64,000 nucleotides of DNA from Clostridia bacterium (GCA_018648645.1 JABGQS010000004.1:8976-72975); one strand, 5' to 3'; shown: positions 51,053-61,354, numbered from the stretch's first letter. Notes: generated by a model from the letters alone, not told the origin. Numbers and translations: made by a program.

Positions 51053-51084
51053 AAAAAAAATGACCCTCAAATGAAGGTCATTTT
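51053..51084 (-). terminator. Intrinsic terminator overlapping the pyrR stop codon
   Basis: - strand AAAATGACCTTC-ATTT-GAGGGTCATTTT-TTTT. Confidence 0.7.
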
Positions 51085-51614
51085 AATTCGTTGATTGCTA
51101 CGTTGTCTACGCCGTCAAACTCTTTGACGCGGACTTCGACGATTTCGTTGTTTGATGTCGGTAAGTTTTTCCCGATGTAGTCTGCGCGGATTGGGAGTTC
51201 CCTGTGACCCCTGTCAACAATGACAGCAAGTTGTATATAGTTTGGGCGACCGAGATCCATCATTGCGTCTAGTGCCGCACGTACCGTTCTGCCTGTGTAC
51301 AAAACGTCGTCGCAAAGCACAATTGTTTTTTTGTTGATGTCAAACGCGATGTCTGTGCCTTTTATGATGGGATGGTCTGCAAGAAGCGATAGGTCGTCTC
51401 TGTAGAACGTGATGTCGAGTGAACCTATGTCTACTTTCTCGCCTTCGAATTCTAGTATGTATGCAGCAATTCGTTTCGCTATCGGAACACCTCTGCGATG
51501 AATGCCAATTAGTGCCACGTTTTGTGCGCCCTCGTTCTTTTCGATAATCTCGTGTGCGATTCGCTTTAGCGCACGCTCTAGTGCCAAGCTGTCCATAATT
51601 AATGCTTTGTCCAT
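51078..51614 (-). CDS. pyrR: Pyrimidine attenuation regulator / UPRTase PyrR
   Basis: [26 protein letters not shown] and [12 protein letters not shown]. Confidence 0.97.
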   Translation of the reverse strand: MDKALIMDSLALERALKRIAHEIIEKNEGAQNVALIGIHRRGVPIAKRIAAYILEFEGEKVDIGSLDITFYRDDLSLLADHPIIKGTDIAFDINKKTIVLCDDVLYTGRTVRAALDAMMDLGRPNYIQLAVIVDRGHRELPIRADYIGKNLPTSNNEIVEVRVKEFDGVDNVAINELK

Positions 51615-51668
51615 GCTTTGCCTCCCTTACATTCACCCGAAACTCCTTCGTCGGGTGTCCGATAGTAC

Positions 51669-51750
51669 AAAAAAACCTCGCCGGTCGGCAAGGTCGCATA
51701 GCATAACTAATTTGACACCTTGCCGGACTCTCTGATCCGATTTAAAGGAT
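51669..51750 (-). promoter_or_regulatory. PyrR binding loop / antiterminator / terminator leader
   Basis: - strand CCTTTAA...GATCAGAGAG...GCAAGG, then ACCTTGCCG-AC-CGGCGAGGT-TTTTTT. CGGCAAGGT can alternatively pair with ACCTTGCCG. Promoter candidate TTTACA-17-TATCTT at 51796-51768. Confidence 0.88.
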
Positions 51751-51884
51751 GTTGTACTGCTGGAAATAAGATATCACAAGGCAGTGTGTTTGTAAAGAGT
51801 AAATTGAAATTAACGTACAATTTAATTGCTTTGTAATATTTGTCGTGAGCTGGCGCTAAATTGTCGTTTGCCAAAGTTGCTTTT

Positions 51885-53369
51885 CTACTCCCGCCACTCC
51901 ATGTTACCGATTACCCAGCCGGTTACCTCGCCGAGCGATGGGTGAATAACCATAGATTTGTACATTGGGTCGAACGTTCCGCCTTCAACGCGAGGGCTTA
52001 TGGGGTCAAGTATATCGTCATCGTGCACGTGCTTTAGCTTGCAAACGAACTCTGTGTTCATCAAATACACGAACGCTTGAATGAGTATTGCCGCGCGCGG
52101 TCCGATGATATGCGCGCCGACAATTTTCATGTGCTCATCTGCAAGCAGCTTTACAAACCCATCGTCATCATCGCCCTTTGCATAGCCCATCGCAAAGCCT
52201 TTCGCCACAGATGAGTAGCGGTTAGTGCCGACCAGAATCTGATCGTGTGCGTCAAGCGCTTGGCTTTCTGTCATGCCGGCGTGTGCTATCTGCGGGTTTG
52301 TGAATATCGCCCACGGCACTTTTGTGTAATCTGCGTCACGTTTTTCGTCAGGATTGAAGATATTGTTGTTGCATATTTCAGCCTCGTAGTTAGCTTTGTG
52401 ACGAAACTGGAACTTGCCGTTAATGTCACCGTACGCCCAAATATTTTGCACGGATGTTTCTAAAAATTCATTTGTAGCAATCCAGCCTCTAGCAGAAGTC
52501 TTAACGCCTGTATTTTCTACTTTTAAAAGGTCTGCGTTAGAGCGTACACCTGATGCGACTAATATCTCTTCGCACACTATCGATTTGGTTTCACCAGTAT
52601 TGACGTCTTCAACGGTTACTTGTTTCAGATTACCTGATTTTTGTGCAGAGACAGCTTTGTGATTCAGCAGCACGTCAATTCCGTTATTAACGAAATTTTT
52701 CGCGAGCGTCTCACTTATTTCCTCCTCTTCGAGAGATACCATGTGCGGCTGCATTTCTACAACCGTGACCTTTGTTCCGAATGCAGAAAAGATGTGGGCA
52801 AATTCTGCGCCGATTGCGCCTCCTCCGATAATGACCAGACTCTTCCACGGCTTTTTTGGAAACTTGTCGCCAAAGAAACTTTCGGAAATAACGTAACCCG
52901 TTTCCTTGAGACCTTCTATCGGCGGAACAAAACTGCGTGCACCGGCAGCAATTACAAACTTTGCGCCTTCAAACTCTTCTGAGTAGTCGCCGTTTTTATC
53001 CTTGACGTGCATTGCGAACGGCCGCGTGAACTCCCCTGTACCTTTGTATACGGTTAAGCCTTGCACATTCGACAAGCTTTGCTCGATGCCCTTGTGCTCG
53101 TCTATGGTGTGCCACATCCGCTCTGTTATCAGACCCCAATCGACTTTCGGTTCGACAAACTCTAAACCGACCTTTTTTGCGTGCTGAGCTTCACGAATCA
53201 CGTCGGCCGGATGCACAAGTATCTTTGAAGGAAGGCAGCCGCGGGTTAAACACGTGCCGCCAAACTTGGAGTTCTCAATCAGCGCGCAGCTCATACCGTT
53301 TTGAAGCGCGGCTGATAATGTGGATAAGCCTGCTCCGCTACCGATAATTACGATGTCATATTTTTTCAT
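51885..53369 (-). CDS. Class I pyridine nucleotide-disulfide oxidoreductase (dihydrolipoyl dehydrogenase/mycothione reductase-like)
   Basis: GSGAG, redox-active GGTCLTRGCLPSK, GGGAIGAE, GD and C-terminal HPSLGE. Confidence 0.85.
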   Translation of the reverse strand: MKKYDIVIIGSGAGLSTLSAALQNGMSCALIENSKFGGTCLTRGCLPSKILVHPADVIREAQHAKKVGLEFVEPKVDWGLITERMWHTIDEHKGIEQSLSNVQGLTVYKGTGEFTRPFAMHVKDKNGDYSEEFEGAKFVIAAGARSFVPPIEGLKETGYVISESFFGDKFPKKPWKSLVIIGGGAIGAEFAHIFSAFGTKVTVVEMQPHMVSLEEEEISETLAKNFVNNGIDVLLNHKAVSAQKSGNLKQVTVEDVNTGETKSIVCEEILVASGVRSNADLLKVENTGVKTSARGWIATNEFLETSVQNIWAYGDINGKFQFRHKANYEAEICNNNIFNPDEKRDADYTKVPWAIFTNPQIAHAGMTESQALDAHDQILVGTNRYSSVAKGFAMGYAKGDDDDGFVKLLADEHMKIVGAHIIGPRAAILIQAFVYLMNTEFVCKLKHVHDDDILDPISPRVEGGTFDPMYKSMVIHPSLGEVTGWVIGNMEWRE

Positions 53370-53487
53370 GTTTTATCTCCTTGATATATAGAGGTCGATG
53401 ATATAAAAATGCTGTAGTCGTAGGGAATTCTTACTTATTATAGCATTTGCGTGACGAGATCGCAAAAACTAATGTTGAAAATAAATG

Positions 53488-53516
53488 TTGACAATACGTT
53501 TTTCTACATCTATAAT
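53488..53516 (+). promoter_or_regulatory. Consensus SigA promoter of the leu operon
   Basis: TTGACA-17-TATAAT, exact. Confidence 0.9.
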
Positions 53517-53524
53517 ACTTACAA

Positions 53525-53783
53525 CAAAAGCTTTGATGGAGAACAGTAGTTATTTGAATGCTTTGTAGAGAGTCGTCGGGTGGTGAAAGATGACAGGCAA
53601 ACAATGATGAAGCTCGCTCCTAAGCTGCTGCGGTGAATGGTTGAGTAAGTGCAGACGGTGTGGCTCTACGTTATAAGAGTACGGGCATTATGATGTGCCC
53701 TGATAAGCTGGCGGTATTTATTATCGCAAGCAGAGTGGTAACGCGAGTCCTTCGTCTCTGTAATGATGAAGAGGCTTTTTTTG
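53525..53783 (+). ncRNA. T-box riboswitch, leucine specifier
   Basis: AGTA, AGAGA and GGTG stem I motifs; CTC specifier at 53613-53615; T-box AGAGTGGTAACGCG at 53732-53745; terminator ending GAAGAGGCTTTTTTT. Confidence 0.92.
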
Positions 53784-53830
53784 TATCTTAAAACGCGATA
53801 CTGCACAAAAATAAAGCGAGGAGGCAAACA

Positions 53831-55354
53831 ATGAAAACGATTAAGATTTTTGACACAACACTGAGAGACGGCGAACAATCACCGGGGTGCAGCATGAACC
53901 TGCAAGAGAAGATTGAGGTAGCTCGTCAACTGGAGAAGCTGAATGTTGACGTTATTGAGGCCGGGTTTGCCATAGCTTCGCCGGGCGATTTCCTATCGGT
54001 GCAGACGGTTGCGCAAACAATACGAAATGCAAAGGTTGCGAGCCTCAGCCGCGCGCTCACAAAAGACATTGACAGGTCTTACGAGGCATTGAAAGATGCG
54101 GTTGCGCCCAGAATACACACGTTCATCGCGACGTCGCCTATACATATGAAGTATAAGCTGAAGATGGAGCCGGATGACGTGTTAGCTCAAGCAATTGAAA
54201 TGGTTACATACGCAAAATCGCTTTGCAGCGATGTCGAGTTTTCGGCAGAGGACGCTTCACGAACCGAGTCGGAGTTTTTGTACCGGGTTATTGACGGCGT
54301 TATCAAAGCAGGCGCAACGTGCGTGAACATCCCCGACACAGTTGGCTATTCTACCCCTGATGAGTATTACAACATTATCTCGGGCGTTATGAGCCATGTA
54401 GCCGGTATCGAGAAAGTAGACGTGTCTGTGCACTGCCACAACGATTTGGGGCTTGGTGTTGCTAACTCACTCGCGGCGATTCGAGCGGGCGCTACGCAAG
54501 TCGAGTGTACTGTGAACGGAATCGGTGAGCGGGCAGGAAACGCTGCGCTGGAAGAAGTGGTGATGGCGGTAAGAACGCGGCATGACATTTACGAGTGCAA
54601 AACGAACGTTGACACTACGCAGATATATAACTCGTCGAGGCTCGTGTCAACGATTACGGGCGTGTCAGTACAGCCAAACAAAGCTGTAGTCGGCAAAAAC
54701 GCTTTTGCTCACGAAGCAGGGATTCATCAGCATGGGGTCTTGGCAAACAAGGAAACTTATGAGATAATGACGCCTGAGTCAATCGGGCTTGCCGAAAACA
54801 CTATAGTGCTGGGTAAGCATTCGGGCAAGCATGGATTTGCGCAAAGGCTAAATACACTTGGTTATGAGCTTGACGATAAGCATTTGAAACGCGCGTTCTC
54901 TCAGTTTATAGAGCTGGCTGACAGAAAAAAAGAAGTCACGGATATGGATTTACGCGCGCTTGTCGAAACGGACAGCATTGATATCCCGAACGAGTACGAG
55001 ATTGATCAATTTGTTATTACAAGTGGCAATAAGATGACTGCTTCGGCGGAGATGACACTTGTTCACGGTGGCAAGCAAATCAAGGAAACTTCGAGCGGAG
55101 ATGGTCCTGTGGATGCAGCGTTTAACGCGATAGAGCGGTGTATCGGAACGTCGTTTAAACTGGATGACTACATCGTTCGCAGCGTCACAAGCGGTAAAGA
55201 TGCGCAGGGCGAGGTTGTTGTTAAGCTGACTACTGCAAATAACAAGAAAGCAACCGGCAGAGGGCTTAGCACGGACATTGTTGAAGCGAGCGTGCGAGCG
55301 TATATTGACGCCATTAACAAATATTATTACGAATTAAAATTGGAGGATAGATAA
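53831..55354 (+). CDS. leuA: 2-isopropylmalate synthase
   Basis: [23 protein letters not shown] and a regulatory domain with GPVDA. Confidence 0.96.
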   Translation: MKTIKIFDTTLRDGEQSPGCSMNLQEKIEVARQLEKLNVDVIEAGFAIASPGDFLSVQTVAQTIRNAKVASLSRALTKDIDRSYEALKDAVAPRIHTFIATSPIHMKYKLKMEPDDVLAQAIEMVTYAKSLCSDVEFSAEDASRTESEFLYRVIDGVIKAGATCVNIPDTVGYSTPDEYYNIISGVMSHVAGIEKVDVSVHCHNDLGLGVANSLAAIRAGATQVECTVNGIGERAGNAALEEVVMAVRTRHDIYECKTNVDTTQIYNSSRLVSTITGVSVQPNKAVVGKNAFAHEAGIHQHGVLANKETYEIMTPESIGLAENTIVLGKHSGKHGFAQRLNTLGYELDDKHLKRAFSQFIELADRKKEVTDMDLRALVETDSIDIPNEYEIDQFVITSGNKMTASAEMTLVHGGKQIKETSSGDGPVDAAFNAIERCIGTSFKLDDYIVRSVTSGKDAQGEVVVKLTTANNKKATGRGLSTDIVEASVRAYIDAINKYYYELKLEDR

Positions 55355-55355
55355 A

Positions 55356-56615
55356 ATGGGAATGACAATGACACAAAAAATATTGGCAAGCAAAGCGGGT
55401 ATGGATGAAGTTCATGCAGGTCAGTTTATCGAAGCGAATATCGATTTGGCGCTTGGCAATGACATCACAACACCTGTTGCGATAAACGAGTTTAATCGCT
55501 CGGGACGTGCTAAGGTGTTTGATAAAAACAAAGTTGCGATTGTGCCCGATCACTTTACGCCTAACAAGGACATCAAGGCGGCCGAGCAGTGCAAGTTCAT
55601 TCGCGAGTTTGCATTGGGCCAGGATTTAACCAATTACTTTGAAGTCGGGCAGATGGGTATTGAGCATTGTCTCATCCCTGAAAAAGGGCTTGCTGCGCCC
55701 GGCGATGCGATTATCGGTGCGGATTCGCACACGTGCACTTACGGTGCGCTTGGCGCGTTTTCTACCGGCGTTGGCAGTACGGACTTTGGCGCAACAATGG
55801 CGCGAGGCAAGTGCTGGTTTAAGGTTCCGTCAGCAATCAGCTTTGTGCTGAAGGGCAAAATGAGCAAAAACGTTTCGGGCAAGGATTTGATACTACACAT
55901 CATAGGCATGATTGGTGTTGACGGTGCGTTGTATAAGTCGATGGAGTTCAGTGGTCCGGGCGTTGCGAATCTTACAATAGACGACAGGTTTACTATCGCG
56001 AACATGGCGATAGAAGCGGGTGCAAAGAACGGCATCTTCCCTGTCGATGATATTGCTATGGAATACGTCAACGACCACGTAACCAAAGAGTATACGGTGT
56101 TTGAAGCTGACTCGGACGCGGAATATGACCAAGTTATCGAAATTGATTTAGCAGAACTTCGACCGACTGTTGCTTTCCCGCATTTACCGGAAAACACGAA
56201 GACTATTGACGAAGTCGGCGATATCGACATTGACCAAGTCGTAATTGGCAGCTGCACAAACGGGCGTATCACTGATTTTAGAATTGCAGCGGATATCATG
56301 CGCGGCAAGCAGGTCAAAAAGGGTGTGCGCGTTATATTGTTCCCCGGAACGCAGAAGATTTACTTGCAGGCGCTTGATGAAGGATTGATTACGGATTTCG
56401 TTAAAGCTGGCGCGGTGTTCTCTACGCCGACATGCGGACCCTGCCTTGGCGGTCACATGGGTATACTCGCGGCAGGAGAGCGCGCGGTGAGCACGACGAA
56501 CAGAAACTTTGTCGGGCGAATGGGACATGTCGAGTCTGAAGTTTATCTCGCGAGTCCGGCAGTTGCGGCAGCGTCTGCACTTACCGGAAAAATAACCGAC
56601 CCTGACAAACTATAA
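55356..56615 (+). CDS. leuC: 3-isopropylmalate dehydratase large subunit
   Basis: DSHTCT, GSCTNGR, CGPCLG and [10 protein letters not shown]. Confidence 0.95.
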   Translation: MGMTMTQKILASKAGMDEVHAGQFIEANIDLALGNDITTPVAINEFNRSGRAKVFDKNKVAIVPDHFTPNKDIKAAEQCKFIREFALGQDLTNYFEVGQMGIEHCLIPEKGLAAPGDAIIGADSHTCTYGALGAFSTGVGSTDFGATMARGKCWFKVPSAISFVLKGKMSKNVSGKDLILHIIGMIGVDGALYKSMEFSGPGVANLTIDDRFTIANMAIEAGAKNGIFPVDDIAMEYVNDHVTKEYTVFEADSDAEYDQVIEIDLAELRPTVAFPHLPENTKTIDEVGDIDIDQVVIGSCTNGRITDFRIAADIMRGKQVKKGVRVILFPGTQKIYLQALDEGLITDFVKAGAVFSTPTCGPCLGGHMGILAAGERAVSTTNRNFVGRMGHVESEVYLASPAVAAASALTGKITDPDKL

Positions 56616-56625
56616 GGAGAAAACA

Positions 56626-57105
56626 ATGAGCAAAGTATATAAGTACGGCAACAACGTTGATACTGATGTGATTATCCCGGCGCGATACCTGAACACCGTT
56701 GACCCAAAAGAGCTGGCTGAGCATTGCATGGAGGACATCGACACCAATTTTGCTAAAACGGTGCAGACGGGCGACGTCATTGTGGCAGAAAACAACTTTG
56801 GATGCGGCTCTAGCAGAGAGCACGCCCCTATCGCTATAAAGGCGTCGGGCATATCGTGCGTAGTCGCGAACACGTTTGCACGCATATTCTTCCGCAACTG
56901 CATCAACATCGGACTGCCGATACTCGAGTGTCCGCAAGCTGTGGCAAACACGGACAGCGGCGACGTGCTCGATATCGATTTTAGCAGCGGCGTTATCAAA
57001 AACGTAACGAAAAACAAGCAGTTTAAGGCAGAACCTTTTCCTGAGTTTATGCGCAAAATTATTGATGCAAATGGTTTGATTGGATATATCTGCGAGGAGG
57101 CTTAA
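56626..57105 (+). CDS. leuD: 3-isopropylmalate dehydratase small subunit
   Basis: [20 protein letters not shown] and FARIFFRN. Confidence 0.95.
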   Translation: MSKVYKYGNNVDTDVIIPARYLNTVDPKELAEHCMEDIDTNFAKTVQTGDVIVAENNFGCGSSREHAPIAIKASGISCVVANTFARIFFRNCINIGLPILECPQAVANTDSGDVLDIDFSSGVIKNVTKNKQFKAEPFPEFMRKIIDANGLIGYICEEA

Positions 57106-57106
57106 T

Positions 57107-57703
57107 ATGAAACTAAGGCAGTTGCTGTTTGCGGCATTGTTCGCAGCACTTATGTGCGCTACAAAGTTTATACCACCTATTCAAATCATACCTAACCTGC
57201 CAATAACATTTCAAACTTTTGTTGTTTTTTTGGCAGGTTTGATGTTAAGACCCCTATATTCATTTGCTTCCATGATGACTTATACCGCTCTGGGGCTTAT
57301 AGGACTACCGGTTTTTACTTATGGAGGAGGCATAGGTTACCCTCTTGCTCAGCCTTCGTTCGGCTTTATAATTGGATTTAGTATTTGCGCATTATTGATA
57401 AGTTTATTTGTACGTAAAAATTTAATAATGCTTACTTCAAAAAATCAGCATAACGCAAAGGTTTGTGTAATAGTAAAAATCATCTTTTTTTCATTATTGT
57501 CAATCTGTGTGTTATATGTAATCGGAATAGCTTACCTGTATGTTTGGCTTGAAAAAAATACTGAGAACGTAATGTCAATTTGGACTGTAATAAAAACATA
57601 TACCGGTTTTTACTTACTGATAGATATAGTTAAATTCGGTTTTGCGATACCTTTAGGATATGCTGTTCTCAAAAGATTGCCCCCTAAGTTTAAACAGATC
57701 TGA
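57107..57703 (+). CDS. bioY: BioY-family ECF S-component
   Basis: ALFAAL, PITFQT, GLIGLPVF and PSFGFIIGF. ATG lies 1 nt after the leuD stop, with a GGAGG RBS inside leuD. Confidence 0.85.
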   Translation: MKLRQLLFAALFAALMCATKFIPPIQIIPNLPITFQTFVVFLAGLMLRPLYSFASMMTYTALGLIGLPVFTYGGGIGYPLAQPSFGFIIGFSICALLISLFVRKNLIMLTSKNQHNAKVCVIVKIIFFSLLSICVLYVIGIAYLYVWLEKNTENVMSIWTVIKTYTGFYLLIDIVKFGFAIPLGYAVLKRLPPKFKQI

Positions 57704-57709
57704 GAATAC

Positions 57710-57750
57710 AAAAAAAGACCCTGTGACTTTACACCGTCGCAGGGTCTTTT
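57710..57750. terminator. Bidirectional intrinsic terminator
   Basis: AAAAAAAGACCCTGTGAC-TTTACACC-GTCGCAGGGTCTTTT between convergent genes. Confidence 0.88.
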
Positions 57751-57759
57751 ATTATGCGA

Positions 57760-58122
57760 TTATTTCTGTTTTTCAGCTAATCCATAAACAATTGGAATTT
57801 TGAAAATACTGTTCTGAGTTGCTTTGACTATGCAAATGATAGAAAGCACGATGAAGCCAACCCATGCCAGATAACTAACGATGCTAAAGAAAACCCATAG
57901 CCCGCGTACGTTCCAAAAAGTTACGGCCATCAAAATGTAAATTATCACTATAAAAATGATATATGCGATTCCAAGAAACAGCGATTGCCATGCATGCAGT
58001 CTAACAGTTTTGTCGTTCTTTTCGGTTACCAATAATATAATTGCACTAATAATTGAAATGACATATGCAAACCAACTTGCTGTCTTTTGATCCATGCCCA
58101 ATGAATTTTTACTTTCAGCCAT
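57760..58122 (-). CDS. Small membrane protein (DUF4870-like)
   Basis: Three hydrophobic segments, VRLHAWQS and FKIPIV; GGAGG RBS. Confidence 0.7.
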   Translation of the reverse strand: MAESKNSLGMDQKTASWFAYVISIISAIILLVTEKNDKTVRLHAWQSLFLGIAYIIFIVIIYILMAVTFWNVRGLWVFFSIVSYLAWVGFIVLSIICIVKATQNSIFKIPIVYGLAEKQK

Positions 58123-58246
58123 TATGTATACCTCCGCTTTTTTCTTTATTATACAACAACGCAAATACAAGTGCAATTAATTCGCAGTATATTAACACCT
58201 TTGTAAAACAAATATGCTATTTTGTACGTTTTGTGACAAAAAAAGA

Positions 58247-58693
58247 CTAAGCTTTGAGCTGCATGAACATTATCAGCGCGTCTTCTTGAGTGTCTGCGTA
58301 GTAATTTTCTCGTATTCCCTGCTGCGTAAAACCAAATTTTTGGTAGAGTTTTATTGCATTTATGTTGCTTTGACGAACTTCTAGTGTGTATCCGGTTACT
58401 GTCTCTTGTGTTAATGTCATAAGCGTTTTAACCAGCCCCTGCCCCACACCGGCGCGCCGAAATTTTGGCAGAACAGCGACGTTATTGATGTGGCACTCGT
58501 CAACGACTAGATGCGCGCCGCAAAAGCCAATGATAGATTTGTCCACTAGTGCTACGATGTAGATAGACACCGAGCTTAAACAGACGTCATAGAGCAAAGA
58601 TTCAAACAACCACGGCGATGAGAAGCTTGATTTCTCAACGCGAAATATGCCGTCTAAGTCGTTATTCTCGGCAAGGCGATATTTAACTTCCAT
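58247..58693 (-). CDS. rimI: Ribosomal protein alanine N-acetyltransferase
   Basis: INNVAV...RRAGVG, LEVRQSN and RENYY...EDA. Confidence 0.9.
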   Translation of the reverse strand: MEVKYRLAENNDLDGIFRVEKSSFSSPWLFESLLYDVCLSSVSIYIVALVDKSIIGFCGAHLVVDECHINNVAVLPKFRRAGVGQGLVKTLMTLTQETVTGYTLEVRQSNINAIKLYQKFGFTQQGIRENYYADTQEDALIMFMQLKA

Positions 58694-59366
58694 TTGGCTT
58701 CCTGTTTCGCTTAGCGTACTCGCGCTCTGCCTGAGTTTGCCGCAAATATAATGGCTCTAGCTCGTATGCAGATACTGCGTTGCCACTTTGCGCAAATGCC
58801 ACAAGCCCGACTGAGCTTGCTCTGGGGAGTGCAATACCTATGTGCGCAACTTTGAATCCTGCCTGCACAATTTCTTGCTTGAAATTTAGAGCAGCATCGC
58901 CTATGAAAACGACTTCGCGTCCTTTTAACTCATCCAACAAATCGGTTAGCTGTGTCGCTCGGTAGTCGCTGACTCGATTGTTATCAGTGTATGATGCTGT
59001 GTAGACATCACCGCGCCGCGCGTCGATAACCGGACAAACTATACGCGCCTCACCCAGCAAGTTTTGTGCCAGAGCATCAAGAGTATTCACACCGACACAC
59101 TTTTTATTTAGCGCCTGACAAAAGCCTTTTATCATGCTGACACCGATGCGCAGACCTGTGAAAGAGCCGGGTCCGATTGCGCATGCGAACAGGTCGATGT
59201 CGGACAAACTCAAATCTGCCCGCTCCAAACAATCGTCAATCATAGGTGCAAGCATTTGCGAATGCGTTTTTTTATTGTCTACGTACACTTCCACCAATAC
59301 TTTCTTGTCTTGCAATACCGATACAGCGCACACGCTGCCCGAAGTGTCGATAGCTAATATATTCAT
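58683..59366 (-). CDS. tsaB: t6A biosynthesis protein TsaB
   Basis: ILAIDTS, GPGSFTGLRIG, IDARR and PLYLR. Confidence 0.95.
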   Translation of the reverse strand: MNILAIDTSGSVCAVSVLQDKKVLVEVYVDNKKTHSQMLAPMIDDCLERADLSLSDIDLFACAIGPGSFTGLRIGVSMIKGFCQALNKKCVGVNTLDALAQNLLGEARIVCPVIDARRGDVYTASYTDNNRVSDYRATQLTDLLDELKGREVVFIGDAALNFKQEIVQAGFKVAHIGIALPRASSVGLVAFAQSGNAVSAYELEPLYLRQTQAEREYAKRNRKPNGS

Positions 59367-59779
59367 ATCTTGATTCCTTTTATTTCGATTGTGCGCTTAT
59401 CATTGCCTGAGCCGTTAAAATGTACATTTATGTTGGCTTGCAAATCCTGCGCGTTTTGTGCCCATTCGATGACGCAAACTCCGTCGCTGCCCAAATAATC
59501 GTAGAATCCGATGTGGACCAGCTCCTCTTCGTCCTCAATTCTATACAAGTCAAAATGGTGCAGTGTCAAATCACCTGCATACTCTTTCAGCAGCGTAAAT
59601 GTTGGGCTGACAACTTCATCGCTGATATTCAGACCGCCGGCGATGCCTTTTGCAAACACCGTTTTGCCGGCACCAAGTCCGCCGTACAGCGCAACGACAT
59701 CACCGCTTTTCAGCGAATTTGCGAGTTGTTGTCCAAGCGCAAGCGTCTGCTCATGACAGTTCGTTATCATCAGGCTCAA
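59363..59779 (-). CDS. tsaE: t6A biosynthesis ATPase TsaE
   Basis: GGLGAGKT, SPTF, HFDLYR and IEW. Confidence 0.96.
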   Translation of the reverse strand: MSLMITNCHEQTLALGQQLANSLKSGDVVALYGGLGAGKTVFAKGIAGGLNISDEVVSPTFTLLKEYAGDLTLHHFDLYRIEDEEELVHIGFYDYLGSDGVCVIEWAQNAQDLQANINVHFNGSGNDKRTIEIKGIKI

Positions 59780-60359
59780 TGGTTTTCTCCCGTTTAAATG
59801 ATTTCTTATGTAGTATACTTGACAGCGGCTTGTAAAGTAAAATCACAAGCACCGATTGCAGCACCGCTTTGATAGCTGTCAATGGAATAGCGCCTTTTGC
59901 AATATATCCGCCAACATCAAAGCCTTCCGGCAGATATTGTATGAAAATCGGAATCAAAACATAATAGTTTAGAATCGGTGCAAGACCTGTCATCAGTACT
60001 GTTCCGACAGCAAGACCAATTATCGCTCCGCTACGTGATTTCTTAAACCTATAAATCAGCGTTGCCGGAAGCACCAGAGCGATGGCAAGCGTGAAGTTTG
60101 CAAGCTCTCCTACACCACCTGTTCCTGAGTTCTTTAAAACGAAGCTTAGCCCTATCTTTATCGCTTCAATAATAATGCCTGCGATTGGACCCATCGCAAA
60201 TCCACCAACTAACGCAGGTATATCTGCTATGTCCAACTTTAGCCAAGGATAGACCGGGAAAATCGGCACTTCCAGAAACATTAGTACAACTGCAAGTGCA
60301 GAAAGTACGCCGATTTTTGCAATTGTTGCAATTTTGATACCTTTTGGTTTTATACTCAT
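59751..60359 (-). CDS. ribU: Riboflavin ECF S-component (RibU-like)
   Basis: LKLDIADIPAL, GGVGELANF, NYYVLIP and LYKPLS; downstream of an FMN riboswitch. Confidence 0.9.
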   Translation of the reverse strand: MSIKPKGIKIATIAKIGVLSALAVVLMFLEVPIFPVYPWLKLDIADIPALVGGFAMGPIAGIIIEAIKIGLSFVLKNSGTGGVGELANFTLAIALVLPATLIYRFKKSRSGAIIGLAVGTVLMTGLAPILNYYVLIPIFIQYLPEGFDVGGYIAKGAIPLTAIKAVLQSVLVILLYKPLSSILHKKSFKREKTIEPDDNELS

Positions 60360-60370
60360 TTTTTACCTCC

Positions 60371-60402
60371 AAAAAAACTTCCGTATATAGCTTCGGAAGT
60401 TT
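60371..60402 (-). terminator. Riboswitch expression-platform terminator
   Basis: - strand AAACTTCCG-AAGCTATATA-CGGAAGTTT-TTTT directly before the GGAGG RBS of ribU. Confidence 0.8.
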
Positions 60403-60433
60403 CATGAACGCGCTTACTTAAAAACGAGAACTT

Positions 60434-60544
60434 CACCTTCTCTCATCCAGACTTTAACTGTCGGTTACGGAATTACACCGTATCGGCTAACGCTCGCGGA
60501 CTATCACCGCCGGTAAGGGAATTGCACCCTACCCCGAAGACATA
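60434..60544 (-). ncRNA. FMN riboswitch (RFN element)
   Basis: - strand TCTTCGGGGTAGGGTGCAATTCCC..ACCGGCGGT..AGTCCGCGA..GGTGTAATTCC..ACCGACAGTTAAAGTCTGGATGAGAGAAGG. Promoter TTGACT-17-TATGAT at 60592-60564. Confidence 0.96.
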
Positions 60545-60631
60545 CGTATTTATTTATATGCACATCATACGATAAAATGCGCGTTTAGTCAATTGCAAAT
60601 ACAGTTTTTGAATTGCGTATTCAATTACTTT

Positions 60632-61354
60632 TTAAAAAACGCCGTTATGGTATACGTTTTGAACATCGTCGCTCTCTTCTATCATATCGAGCATTTTTTG
60701 CACGCTGCTCGCCTTTTCCTCCGAAATCTCGACAGTGTTCTCTGGCACCATCTGCAGCTCTGCAAAAACGAACGTGTAACTAAGCGCTTCAAGAGCGTCG
60801 TGCACCTTTGAGTAATCGTGCGCTTGTGTGGTAATCTCGAAAACTTCGTCGTGTGTTTCCATATCGGCAGCACCGGCTTCCAACGCCGCCATCATAAGCT
60901 CGTCCTCGTCTATATCGTCGGTCTTTTCGATAGCAAGCACGCCCTTGTACTCGAACATCCACGAAACACAACCGGTTGCGCCAAGGCTGCCGCCGTACTT
61001 ATCAAAACCGTGACGCACGTCCGAAGCCGTTCTGTTGCGATTGTCTGTAAGCGCCTCTACGATGACCGCAACTCCGCCCATACCGTAGCCTTCGTATGTG
61101 ACCGACTCAAAATTGATGCTCCCAAGCTCGCCCGAAGCTTTCTTGATGGAGCGGGTAATCGTGTCGTTTGGCATGTTGTTGCTTTTCGCTTTTGTAATGG
61201 CATCACGAAGCCGCGAGTTATCAGCCGGATTGGAGCCGCCTTCCTTTACCGCAACCGCAATTTCTCTGCCGATTTTAGTAAATATCTTACCGCGCTTTGC
61301 ATCAGTTTTGCCTTTTTTATGCTTTATATTCGCCCACTTTGAATGACCTGCCAT
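60632..61354 (-). CDS. YebC/PmpR family protein
   Basis: [19 protein letters not shown] and TDNRNRT. Confidence 0.96.
   Translation of the reverse strand: MAGHSKWANIKHKKGKTDAKRGKIFTKIGREIAVAVKEGGSNPADNSRLRDAITKAKSNNMPNDTITRSIKKASGELGSINFESVTYEGYGMGGVAVIVEALTDNRNRTASDVRHGFDKYGGSLGATGCVSWMFEYKGVLAIEKTDDIDEDELMMAALEAGAADMETHDEVFEITTQAHDYSKVHDALEALSYTFVFAELQMVPENTVEISEEKASSVQKMLDMIEESDDVQNVYHNGVF

Noticed and set aside
51110..51135. Hairpin CGTCAAA-GAG-TTTGACG inside the pyrR 3' end as a second PyrR binding loop
   Set aside because: Lacks the CUUUAA and CAGAGAG consensus elements and is explicable by coding sequence
53666..53878. 70-aa - strand ORF, or a leader peptide before leuA
   Set aside because: Overlaps the T-box terminator region, which already explains the sequence
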